Source: Lama glama
Lineage: Eukaryota
DNA length: 64,000 nucleotides
NCBI GenBank assembly: GCA_028534125.1
Contig: CM052832.1
Coordinates: 34,410,001 to 34,474,000, forward strand
Direction of reading: 5' to 3'
Shown here: positions 38,451 through 49,322 of the stretch, in pieces
How positions within the stretch are numbered: position 1 is the stretch's first letter
Layout: the number at the start of each line of letters is the position of its first letter
The notes under the pieces: generated by a model
The model's database searches: none
Seen by the model: only the letters and a program-made list of their open reading frames with translations
Told to the model about the DNA's origin: nothing
Translations under genes and position numbers: made by a program

Positions 38451-41439
38451 ACGGAGCATCTGTTTCCTTTGGCCCCAGAGCACGAGGCCTAAAGTGTGAA
38501 GAACTCAGATGCACGACGAAAACGTTTTAAGAATCGCCGTTCCTTCCACCAGCGGGACCCACTCTCGCAGCCGCACCTGCCGTGTCTCAGGTTTCTGATC
38601 AGATGCTTCCTCCTGTCTTAGTTGTAGCCTCAGCAAGCGTCCGGGGCAGCCTCAGCTGAAACCCCACATCTCAGACCTCGCTCGGCGCTTCTCAGCCTCA
38701 CGGCAGACCAGCCTCGAGGACGCTGCCGGCGAGCGTTCAGGACACGAGGGTAAACAGCTCGGCTGCGCACGCCCGGCAGCAGCTCTGCTCTCTCCTGCCA
38801 ATCTCCCGTCCCCACGACCACCGCACCTCCCGTCTCCTCCTTCCCTGTGAGACCCGGGACAGTTCCTTCCACCAAATCCACATTTGCAGAACCGCCTGGA
38901 GCCCCACAGAGACGACCGCCCTGACCCTGCGAGTCTCACCTCCCAGCGCAGGCGCCCGCCAGAGCCCACCTTCGGCCTGCTTTCTTAGGAGACCGTTTCC
39001 CATTCGGTGTGTGTACGATGCACCCTTTTCTGAGGGGGCTTTACAGAAACCATATAACCAGCCACCCACTGCAGCTCTGAGTCTGCAGTTCTGAAGACAC
39101 AGAAGTGAGGTGAACTTCACCTCCCTAGAGACGGAGAAACCAGGCATCGGGAGGACCTGCCAGCTGTCTAGTTTCTCAATCCGACGGCAAAATGCAGCCC
39201 ATCCCCTAGTCCCCTGACTCAGAGCCCAGCCTTCTTCCCGCTGGAGAGCTCCTCCCAGTGCAGACCGCCTTTCTGCTTGAACTGGGGCCTTGCTCTGCAT
39301 TTTCTCGTTCATAAACGGCAACTACACCTCAAGCTTGAAAACTCAAGTGGCTTCCCTGAGGAGGCGAATCATGAGTGTGTGTGCACCGGGTGTCTCTTGG
39401 AAGAAGCACGTCTAATCAGTACAAGGTGTCGCTCTTTGCTAAGAGCCGAGGTTTGACCTCTGACCTCTGTCACTGGCTGATGCGTTTCAAAGCAAACGTA
39501 GCCCGACATCGTGTGGGTGAACCAGGCGTGTAGCTCAACTCAGCCGTAAAACCTCGTTAAAAATCTAAAAGAGAAGGGCTTCGGCAGATCGATTCAACCA
39601 GGGACAGCCTAAGCACTTCTGGCTGTTGGTGTTACTCGCCACCATCGTGCACGCTGCGGCTGCGGCCTCGGTGTGCGTGGGGAGACCCACGACTCGGCTG
39701 GTAGATGCGTCCTGACCCGCTCACAGGGTGCTCACGCTAACCACTCAGCACAGGGGAGACGAGGGGGCTGAGACCTCCAGCGGGGAGCAGGCAGCCGCCT
39801 GGACAACCTGGATCTGAGGAGGGGGCGCCCCGCAGCCCGTGTCTGTGCCGGGCGGCCCACTCCACTGCACCGAGGGGATGAGGGCATCTTAGAGCCGGGG
39901 TGGGGCGGGGAGCTGAATGGCACTAACTTCATGCCCAGCAATCTGAAATTGCTGGGGGTTTGTTTTGTTTTGTTTCTTAACAGAGAAACACATTTGAAAT
40001 GTATTTGTCGGGCAGGGGATGAGATTGGCACAAAGGTAAACAGCTGGCAGATTGTTCACAGCACGGATCTGTGCAGTGGCTTTTCATTCCAAAGCTCTAG
40101 AAATTAGAGACTGTTCACCAGATGTTGTTAAAAAAAAGAATTTTTTTTTTACTAATTAACTACTAAATTACTAAAAGGTACACCCTGGCAAGTCCTCTTC
40201 TAGCTGAAAATGTCTGTGTCTTGTTAAACGTCCCTGAATCGTGCAATTATGCTGCTTTTGCTATTAAGTGATGTTGACGTCCTCGAACGAAGATGCTTGC
40301 TTGGCAGAAATGCACGTGCTTCTGGCAGCGCTCTTCCGTGTGGCACTGGGACGAGCAAACACAAAACTGACCGTTTGTACTCTTCCTTTGTCTCTTTCCC
40401 AGGTTCCCTGGGTGTGACCCCGTCAGAGTCTACTCAAACACGAGCGCTTGGTCACGTCATTGACATGCGCCGAGGAAATCCCTAGCGAGCCGCCGGCCGT
40501 GGCAGCCGGGTCGATTTAGCCGTGAGACAGCCACCTCTCAGACAGTGAGGCCGCTGCTGGGGCCGCTGCAAATCGCCGTGACAGCAAGCAGGGAAAACCG
40601 ATTTAAAAAATATATGTAATATTGTCGTCATTTGTTGTAACACTGCCGGCAGCGTAATGTTTTGTGTAACAAGTTTACCAGATTTCAAGGCCACAGGCAG
40701 GTAGCGGAACTAATTTCCCCATGGGTTCGCCGTCTTGCTGCGGAATCCGTTCTCAGCATGGATGCCGCACGGAAGATTCTCGCGGTTCCACTGCTCTGTC
40801 ACTGACCCTCCGCAAAGCGGACGTAATTGGGCCATAGGAAGAGGGTGTGTGGACCGGCTGGCTCACGGTTCCAGCACATTCCTTTCTTCTTTCCCGTTTC
40901 CCATTGTGAAGCGGAGGGGGACAGACGCCCTGCAATCCTTAGAGCTCCTTATTAATTTAAAGGCAAAATTCTGATTTGTGTGGAAGAAAGGAGTTGAAAA
41001 CAGCCCTGAGTGTTTCACAAGGACTCTGCGAGGCGGGTTTCTTTTCTTTTAGGTTTCCCTGTCAAAAAATGGATTTGGACATCAGAGAAAGTCAAATATA
41101 ATCAGACGCAAATGTCCAGGACCAGCTGTGTCTGCACAGAAAAGCAGCAGTTGACAAGCTGATGCCCTTAATCCAAGCCCAAGTCGGAAGGCATTTATTC
41201 ATCTTAAATGTCCAAATGACCACCAGGAATGCCCCCAGTTGGCCAATTTCTCAGCGTCCTGTTCACTTTACTCACTCACAGCATATTCGGGCACAGCCAG
41301 GAGTGGCCGGCAGAGCTGGTCCCCTGTCTCCTCATCCACACGGCTGCTGGGTAGTGCGTGAGGGCCCCGAGGCCACAGTCCAGGACGCTCTTGGTCTGAA
41401 TTATCCCTACCGGCTACCCGGTGGTCTCGAGAATGGCGG

Positions 41440-42120
41440 CCTGGAAGTGTGAGGAGAGTCAATGAAGGCATCCACGTGGGGGAAGAGCCTGCAGACACGA
41501 GTGTAAGTGCTGAAAGCCACTGGGTGTTCGGTGAGGACGAGCAGGTTAAACTGTTCAGAGTGGGAGGCTGCTTTCAGCCCTGAAAGGTGTGCGGGTGGAG
41601 GGTGGTGTGCGAGGATGGGAACACAGACGAGGAATGCAGGCGCTTCGGCCGGCCGGCAGGTGAGGCCTGGAGCGCGGGCCCGGGTGTGGACGGGGAGGAG
41701 TTGGACGGCAGCGCTCAGGCAGTCGAGCCCGGGGTGCTGGGAGCTTGGAGTCAGTCCCGGGGCAGTGGTGCTTTTGGTGAGGATGCAAGGTGATCAGAGA
41801 TCGCCCTGTGCCTCCGCGGAGGGTGGGTTGGAGGGACGGCAATGCAGGAATGAAGAGATGAAGTGGGAGGGAGAAATTCTAGGAAGTAGAACAGACAGGC
41901 AGGTGGAGTGTGGAAGGCACTGCAGGTGATGGTCAGAGGTTCGGGTCACCGTCTCCAGAAGGAGCTTGTCCTGGACGTGAGGAAGGAGGAGTCTGGTCTG
42001 AGGTACGATGGTCTACGAGTTGCTCAGGAAAACATCACAGCTGAGCCCCTAGGAGGTGGGCGTGGAATTCAGGAAGGGTGCCTGGGGCAAACGCATACAT
42101 GTGATAACTGCAGATGCCCA
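41440..42120 (-). mobile_element. LINE-2 fragment
   Basis: Purine-rich antisense L2-like sequence (gggggaagagcctgcagac; agatcgccctgtgcctccgcggaggg; attctaggaagtagaacagacagg). Confidence 0.45.
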
Positions 42121-42779
42121 GACAAATATAGAATATACATTCTGATTTAAAAGTGCTCATTTTAGACAATTTGGGAAAATCAGAAAACTGTGAAACATAA
42201 GCTGTGAATGGGGCTGGACACACAGACTCAGTAGTTAAGTGTCCTGAATGACGATCGCTGTCTCGCTCACACATGAAGATTTATCACCTAATGAAATGCA
42301 CTTAGAAGTAAAACCGTCTACATGACACAGTTTGACCGTCATGCACTGAGAACGACCTCAAGACACCGAGTCACCACGAGGAGGACAAGCTCAGCACCGA
42401 CTCCGCCAAAATCCAAATCACATTCACATCAAACAAGTGAGCTCCTCAGCCCCGTGGGAACGTCTGCCGCCAGCTTCCCCGTGAGAAAACGGCGCCGCGG
42501 AAGGTCAGGCTCGCAGGAGACACGGCCTCGGGTCCATCTTCAGGCGAGACAACCACCTGCAGACCCCGCCCTGCCATCTCCTGTGTTCTACGGAAGGGAC
42601 TCTGAGATCTAAGTAATCACCGCCCCAACACGCAAGTGATCTAAAACCTCCTTGGAGAAAAAGTTTGACTGTGTTTGGTCGTCGCCACAGCCAGCCTCCG
42701 TTAGGAGGTGGAATCGAGCGTCTTTGAGATGAAAGTCAACATCCAGCATCTTCATAAGACACATAAGAGGGTGTCTCCC

Positions 42780-43340
42780 ACCTTCGCAGAACACGCACGT
42801 TCCAGGCACTCACCAAAACAGCTGGCCCATTTCTGTGGAGGGAGGGGCACCTGCCGTCGAGCGCAGTCTTACACGTGCCGTGACAGGCTCATGTGATCAG
42901 CACCAGGATGAAGACAGAACGTTTTCAGCACCGAGGGGCCCCTGGTGCATTCGCCTGGTGATGGCTGCCTGAACCCCCACAGACAAACACTTCCCTGCTT
43001 CACCTGTTCTCGAAATAGAATCGGAATCCGATAGTATCTTTAGCATCTGGCTTCTTTGCTTCTTTGGTTTTGAGGCTTTTCCGCAATGTTACATGTTACA
43101 TGATCACTGTTTATTTATTGCTGTGTAGTATTCTGTGAATAAATGTACCATGGTTTTCTTGTTTTCCTCTGATGGACACCTGGGCAGATTCCAGACGAGT
43201 TAACCTGAATAAAACTACTGTAAACATCTGGCACCTTTGTAGCGGTGGACACAGAGCTCATGTCTCTTGGAGTCTCCCTGAGGAGGGGTATGTCTATGTT
43301 CAGCTTTAGAATATACTACACGACAATTTTCCCAAGTGGC
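42780..43340 (-). mobile_element. Old L1 (L1ME-like) 3' fragment
   Basis: tctggcttctttgc...tttattgctgtgtagtattctgtgaataaatgtacca...tgatggacacctgggcagattccag. Confidence 0.6.
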
Positions 43341-43981
43341 TGAACACAGTTTGCTTACAGAAGAAATTGTAACCTTGACTCGGGCACGGTCTCTTCCCCA
43401 TCCCGCGGTGGGCAGACTCGAGCTGTACAGGCAAGGGAGGAAGCGTGCTGCCTTCTCATTCTGCTGGGTTATCAAGCTCAGACTTTGTTTCAGGCTAGAT
43501 CACCAGACATGCGTGCCCTTACCACACTGTTGTAACACCCCAAAGGGATGTCTCATTGACCTGCATCAAGAATCTGTAAAAGAGACAGGGACAGAAAGAA
43601 TTAGAAGTTTTTAGAAATTCTAATCAATATTGCAGACAGATGAAGGATTCCCCAACTTACTTAAAACCAAAGAAGTATTGGATTTAATCATTTAAAAACT
43701 TTAAATATATCACTGATCTCAAAAGTAAAAAGGGAACACTCTCAGGTGCCCTAAATAAAAAAAGGAATTAGAGTCAGAGTAAAATGCTGGGGACCCCCGA
43801 GGGTCAGAATTCAGCGGGCGCCTTGGGCACAGGGGTTTAAACGCTCACTTGAGAATCAAGAATCAAAGGTCTTCTGGATTCACATCAGCATCTCAGATTC
43901 AGCTTGTCCCAACGTAAACGACTTTTCTTACGAATTTCCAAACTCAGCGATTCCCTTCACCCAGTTAACCAAACCAGATTT

Positions 43982-44186
43982 GGGGCTTGGTGAGGCTTTC
44001 TGTAACGAGGAAACATTTCAGGCCCTGCAGGCTGGACAGCTCCGTCAGGACTGCTCGGTGCCACCTGCCGTGTAAACGGCCTGCAGGGATGCTCGCGCCA
44101 ACACCGTGGCTGAGTTCCCATAAGACTGTCTTTGCAAAACACTCTGCAGACCAGATGGGGCGAAGAGTAGGGTCTCTCCCCTCCTG
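43982..44186 (+). mobile_element. MER58A-like hAT-Charlie DNA transposon
   Basis: ttctgtaa...aaacatttcaggccctgcaggc...cgtggctgagttcccataagactgtctttgcaaaacac...ccagat follows the recalled MER58A consensus. Confidence 0.65.
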
Positions 44187-44446
44187 TTAGGACGGCCAGT
44201 CGGGCACCCCCAACGCCGTGCCCTTCACATCCAGCCCGCGTCTCACCTTTCCCGGGTGGCACCACAGCGTGCCCCCCTTCCCCCTGCCGGCCATGCTAAT
44301 CTCTCCATTTCTGCGAATCATCCGTGTCCTTGTGTGCACGCCCTTCCTTTGCAATTGTCGCTAGTAGTTTATTGTGTCAATATGTATATTTTAAGTTATT
44401 CTCCCATTTTCCTACCAATGGACATTTGGGCAATTTCTACTTTGGG

Positions 44447-44560
44447 GCCCCAATATCCTCATCTGCAAAATAGACGTCCACTTCATACTGGTTTTCATGG
44501 ATTAAATGACTAAGTGTATGCAGCTCTCTGAAAAAATATGTCTAGCATGTGGTGAATCCC
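44447..44560 (+). mobile_element. MIR SINE core/3' part
   Basis: tcctcatctgcaaaatag...ggattaaatgactaagtgtatg. Confidence 0.6.
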
Positions 44561-44689
44561 ATAGGTGGTTTTCGGGGATTGCTGTTTTGTAGCCGTGGCC
44601 AGACCCCACCCGCGGCGCGAGACTGCGTTTGAGTTCTGAGGCCACCTTCCTTCACGCTCTTACTTCCAGGAGCTACCATGGCGGCTTCT

Positions 44690-45340
44690 TAAGTAAATGA
44701 AAAAGTAAAGAATTTACTTGATGTATAGATTCTAATCAATTCCAACCAAAACCCAACAGAGCTTCCATGGTATTTGATAAACTAATTCTTACATCTATGT
44801 AGAAGAATGAAGGACCAAGAATATATAAACTCTTCCTGAAGAAGAAAAAAGTGGAGAAACATGACTTACTGGGCATAAGAATATAAACAAGTGTGTTTAA
44901 AATCTGGCATAGAGACATGCGAGCATAACAGAAAGGAGAAACAGACATTTGTGGGACATTGAAAATTGGCAAAGGTGGCTCTGCAGATCAGTGGGGAAAT
45001 CAGAGGCTAGTCAACAAACTGTGCCGGGCAGGCAGTTATCAACAGGGGGAGCGGCGTCCCCACCTCGGGCCACACACCCGCGTCACCTCCAGATGGGCTG
45101 AAGACACAGGCAAAGTAATTCCCTCAAACATTCAGAACTGCAACCACAAAAGGAAGCGCAATGTGCTAAAGCTGCGCTAACCAAACGTGGCTCCTGAGCC
45201 CAGGGAAGGTGTTTGTCACACACACAACCAATGAGCGATCCGTATCCAGGATGCGTGAAGAAACCCTGAAGCTCAGAGGATGGGAAGAAGCAACTCGATG
45301 GACGTACAGGCAAGAGTCAAACAGGTGTTTCACAGAGTGG
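44690..45340 (+). mobile_element. Old LINE-1 ORF2 3' remnant
   Basis: aattccaaccaaaacccaacag...ttgataaactaattct...gaagaagaaaaaagtggag...ggcaaaggtggc...cagtgggga...cgtatccagga. Confidence 0.65.
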
Positions 45341-46379
45341 GAAACGCACGCAGCAACACCGCCAGCTCGGCGTCTCCGGAGGAGGTAACGCCTTCGCCTG
45401 CTCCTGGGCGGCACCGGTGTCCGGCCCGCGGGTGTCGCGCAGCACAGGGCAGTCATGTTGTTAGTTTTTTGCGTAAATACATGCTTGCTGTTTCACTTAC
45501 AACGCAGGTCATAGGCTGGTCGCCGCCTGCAGGAGATTTTTGTTTGCATACATAGGGATGTTTTAAAAGTTTGCTGAGATAATTGCCAAGATACAAGGAC
45601 TGGGAGATTTCCTGTGTAAACCCAGCTCAGTAACTTGAAAACTCAGACGATCTGCCAGTTGGGGGCCCATTTGTTTGATGAGCAGCGGCTGTCTCTCTGG
45701 TCGCAACAAGCACTCTGTTTTGCCAGAATCCACCCCCAGCTCACCCTCGCCCACACCCAGAACCCGAGCTCGCGATCCTTCAGAGCGAGTCTGACATGGC
45801 AGTTTAAAAACTCCTAGAAATAAAAATTTTCTCTTCTTTATTTTGAAGCTGTTTGGTTCACGAAGCCCTTTACAGATGCTCTGATGGAAAGAAAGGCCTT
45901 GTGGACTGGTTTTTCATCAGGTGCCCTTCCTTCCCTGTGAACGAGGACTGGGCAGATAGGAGGTTCCAGGAGGTAGCAGAGCGGATCCCAGGGTCGCAGG
46001 GTCCAGGGGTCAGTCTGCAAGCATTTGTGGCCACGTCCACAGAGCCACTTGTGGATGAAGGCCGGGGCTTGCACGGCTGAGAAGGGCAAGGTGTCTCAGT
46101 GTGGCTGTGTCTGGGCAGCAGAGTGAAGCCAGCAAGACACTTCAGGCCCGTGGGTCCCCTGTGTCCCCCATCCCTTGAACTAAAAGACTTTGCTTCCGGC
46201 CTCCCCTGCATCTCAGAAGGCGGCTCAGGAGTCAGCAACTAGGAAACGCGAACACATAGAAACAGAGAATTGCAGCTGGGGTGGGAAACTGGTGCTGATT
46301 TAAACAACGGATCAGGCTGTGCTCCTGCAGGAAGGGCCCCAGTCCAGTGACATCAGCCCCCGTCCACCCCGAACGCACG

Positions 46380-47195
46380 GGGCAGTCTTGCCCCAGCATC
46401 TGCACCTGCTGTTCCTTCTGCGGAAACACGTTCCGCCTGAGTGCGCACACGGCCCCGGCTCGGCTCCTGGGCCTTTCCTCAAGTGTCACCTTTCTCTGCG
46501 AGAGTTCTCTTCCACCTCATTTGCCGTGAGCCCCTCCCCCGGCCCCCCACTCCTGCCGCCTCCTCCTCTTCTTAGTTTCAGCCTTATTGACACAATGACA
46601 GGTGACGTGGCAGGACAGGTAAAGTGTGCCTCACGGTGAGCTGCTGCCCACGTTCCCTGCGAACCAGCCTGCCCCGCCGGCTCACGGCCACCCGCCACCC
46701 CACATCTTACCTGTTTTCCTTCTTCTTCTTCGAGGATACTTAGGCTCTACTCTCTCAGCTGATCTCAGCTGCACGCACAGGGCCGTCCCCTAGCGTCAGG
46801 TCAGAGCCTCAGAACTTGTGCATCTTACAGCTGACAGTTTGTCCCCTCCACCCACCTCCCCTGGTTTCTCTCCCTGAGTCTGTTACTATGTGCTTCATAC
46901 ACTTATGTTGGAGGCATAAGTATTTCTTCTTGTTGAGCTGACCTTTGTTGTCAAGTAATAACCTTTTTGTCTCTTCCCACAGCCTTTGGCTTCAAGTCCT
47001 CAGCCCTCCATTTCCCAGGGGTGTTTGTCACGTCTGGCGTGTTGCACGTGTCAGTGTTCTGCTGCCCCGGTCCCCACTAGAAAGGGAGCCCTGTGGGTGC
47101 AGGGTGTTGTCATTTTGCTCCTGCTGGGTCCCCAGCACCTGGAAGCTGCCAGCACACAGTAGGTAGGCGCTCAACGCTCCTGAGTGAGTGGAAGG
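46380..47195 (+). mobile_element. LINE-2 3' end interrupted by an L1 insertion
   Basis: tgcacctgctgttccttctgcggaaacac...ctcaagtgtcacct (left) and ccccactagaa...tccccagcacctggaa...gcacacagtaggt...ctcaa...tgagtgagtg (right). Confidence 0.6.
46575..46885 (-). mobile_element. L1MA9-like 3' end, strongly GC-shifted
   Basis: ttaggctctactctctcagc...cctcagaacttgtgcatcttacagctgacagtttgtccc follows the antisense L1MA 3' consensus. Confidence 0.7.
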
Positions 47196-48329
47196 CAGTC
47201 AGTCACCCGTGTTCCGCTGCTTCAAATAATGACAGGAGGAAAAACCACGCCTACGAACCTGTGGGAGAGGTCAGGCCCTGGGTCACTGACGCCATCTGGT
47301 CTGCTGTGCGGGACCCAGGGGCTCCCACAGCCCCGGGTTCCTTGCTTCGCTCCTGCAGAGGGTTTTCTCCCCTTTTAAAAGCCTCAAACCTTCAGGCTCC
47401 ACTCACTTCTGGTGAGAGGTTTCATTACTGGTATTTTCAATGGGGTGCGTGCACTACAAGAGTGACAAAGGCGGTTAGGATCAGGACGTATGGTGACAAC
47501 GAGCCTTGAGTGATGGCGGCAGACCCCCAGGACGCGAGACCCCAGCCCCAAACAGCTCAGCGGTGAAATCTTAACGCAGTCTCAGTGCTGAAAGGGAAAC
47601 TGCAACTTGCGTGTTTTTCCTCCAGTCTGCTTTTGAAGAGCTAGAGCCGTGGGGACTATTTTGGAGTGAAAAGCCCTTCCTTGCCCTCCGGCTTGGGTTC
47701 CTAACTCGATTTCCAGGGGTGGTTCAACAGTAAAACGTATATAAATAGAAAAATCAATGCTTTCTCTTTCAAAGTACTGGCTTCTAGCTGGTTCCATCCA
47801 GCGATTACAGCAGCACAACTGACCTAATGTGTAGACGTTCAGAGGTGTCCGGGACATTCTCGCACAGTGACAGGAAAACGAAAGGCTGTTACTAACCGGC
47901 CATTGCATCATCTCTAAGGCAGACGCGCTTTTTAAATTCATCTGCAGATCTTTTAGTGTCACTGTCCAGGGAAGTTCTAAAGGGAGTAAACAAGGTTGCT
48001 CCGTTTCCTTCATAGTGCTGGCTGCTCGCTCTCGGTGCAACCTACCTCCGACCGAAATCCACTGGTCCGCACAGATGTCTTTGACTGATGGGGCTAATTT
48101 TATGCAGGAATCTTTCATTACTTAAAGTTTACAGAAAATGCAATAACCTCATTTTTAACTAACTATGTGAAATGCGTATGCGTCGTCCACACTGTCGGCG
48201 TCCTCATTCCACTTTCATACCGTTGTCGTCACCAGTGGACTGCACTGCTGTAACACTATGTTTCCTTAATATTTTCCCTAACAAACCCACCTTTATCTTT
48301 ACTCCAAGCAACAGTAGCTGTGAAATCGT

Positions 48330-48800
48330 CAATTCAATCCATGCTTTCATGGACTGAACAAATATGTATTGAGTGTGTGCTTTGTGACACCCTTCTGGGA
48401 GCTGGAAATACAGCTGTGACTGAAGGGGACCAAGACCCTCCGTCAGGGGGATCAGGTTCTGATGGAGTCAGTAAACAGACAAGCACGGGGCACTGCACGA
48501 GCACCTCGTCGGCCAACACGGCAGAGAAAACTAAAGGAAGGCGAGGGCCAAAGAGGAGAAGTGGGCCAGTGACCCCCTGAAGGGGCGGCGTCTCACTCAG
48601 TGGAGGCATGGGTATGAGCCCAGGAGGAGGCCTCAGAGCAGAGGGAGGGGGGCTGCCCCATGGGGAGAGGCCCGCACCCCGGGGAGGGGAGGGCAGGTGT
48701 CTGGACGGAGGGAGGGCAGTCAGGTGTCCAAGGGGAGTCAGGGTCTCCCTTGACTGCAGTGAGGAACCCTGGAGGGTTGTCAGGGTTGGGGGAGCACCAG
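48330..48800 (-). mobile_element. LINE-2 3' end
   Basis: aacaaatatgtattgagtgtgtgctttgtg...gagctggaaatacagctgtgac...gacc; antisense L2 terminus. Confidence 0.65.
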
Positions 48801-48834
48801 GCTGCCTCGTTCACAGTTGCCCAGGGGCTCCCGC

Positions 48835-49322
48835 TGATACAGAGAGGGCGGGAGAACGCAGGTTTGTCACACCGGCGGGCCCAGAGACGTTAGCGCTCCG
48901 AGCTCTGGGCCCCGTCTGTAGGTTTACACAGGTCTTTATAGGGCTTTAGGCTTTGACTACATTTGTGCCATGTGCAAATGAGGTGTTAGAAATGGACCAA
49001 TCAGGAGTGAGCTTTGGAACCCAATGGAATTTTAGAGGTAAATGCAAATGAGGTGTTAGAAATGGACCAATCAGGAGTGAGCTTTTGAGACCCAGTGGAA
49101 TTTTAGGGGTAAGTTTCGTTTTCCTAGAAGCAAGCTGTTTCACAGAAGTGCAAAAGCAGGAAGGCAATGGCCCTGCCTGGGAGGTCTTGCTGGTCCCTTT
49201 GTGGCTTTCGCCCCTTCACCGTGCGGGGAGGAGCGTGGGGGCAGTTCTGGCACCACTCGGAGGCCGGTGGTGATGAGCGGGCAGGCGGGTCACTGCTTTT
49301 ACTTTCCTCTCTGACATGCATC
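48835..49322 (-). mobile_element. Probable ERV solo LTR with a 70-bp U3 tandem duplication
   Basis: TG...CA ends; minus-strand TATAAA at 48935-48940; CCAAT boxes at 48997 and 49067; octamer ATGCAAAT at 49042-49049; 10-bp hairpin at 48877-48912; no TSD found. Confidence 0.55.
48973..49113 (+). repeat. 70-bp tandem duplication (2 copies)
   Basis: tgcaaatgaggtgttagaaatggaccaatcaggagtgagcttt is repeated exactly at 48973 and 49043; the rest of each unit differs by a few bases. Confidence 0.95.

Noticed and set aside
39934-39956. Perfect 9-bp hairpin cccagcaat-ctgaa-attgctggg
   Set aside because: A few such stems are expected by chance in 64 kb
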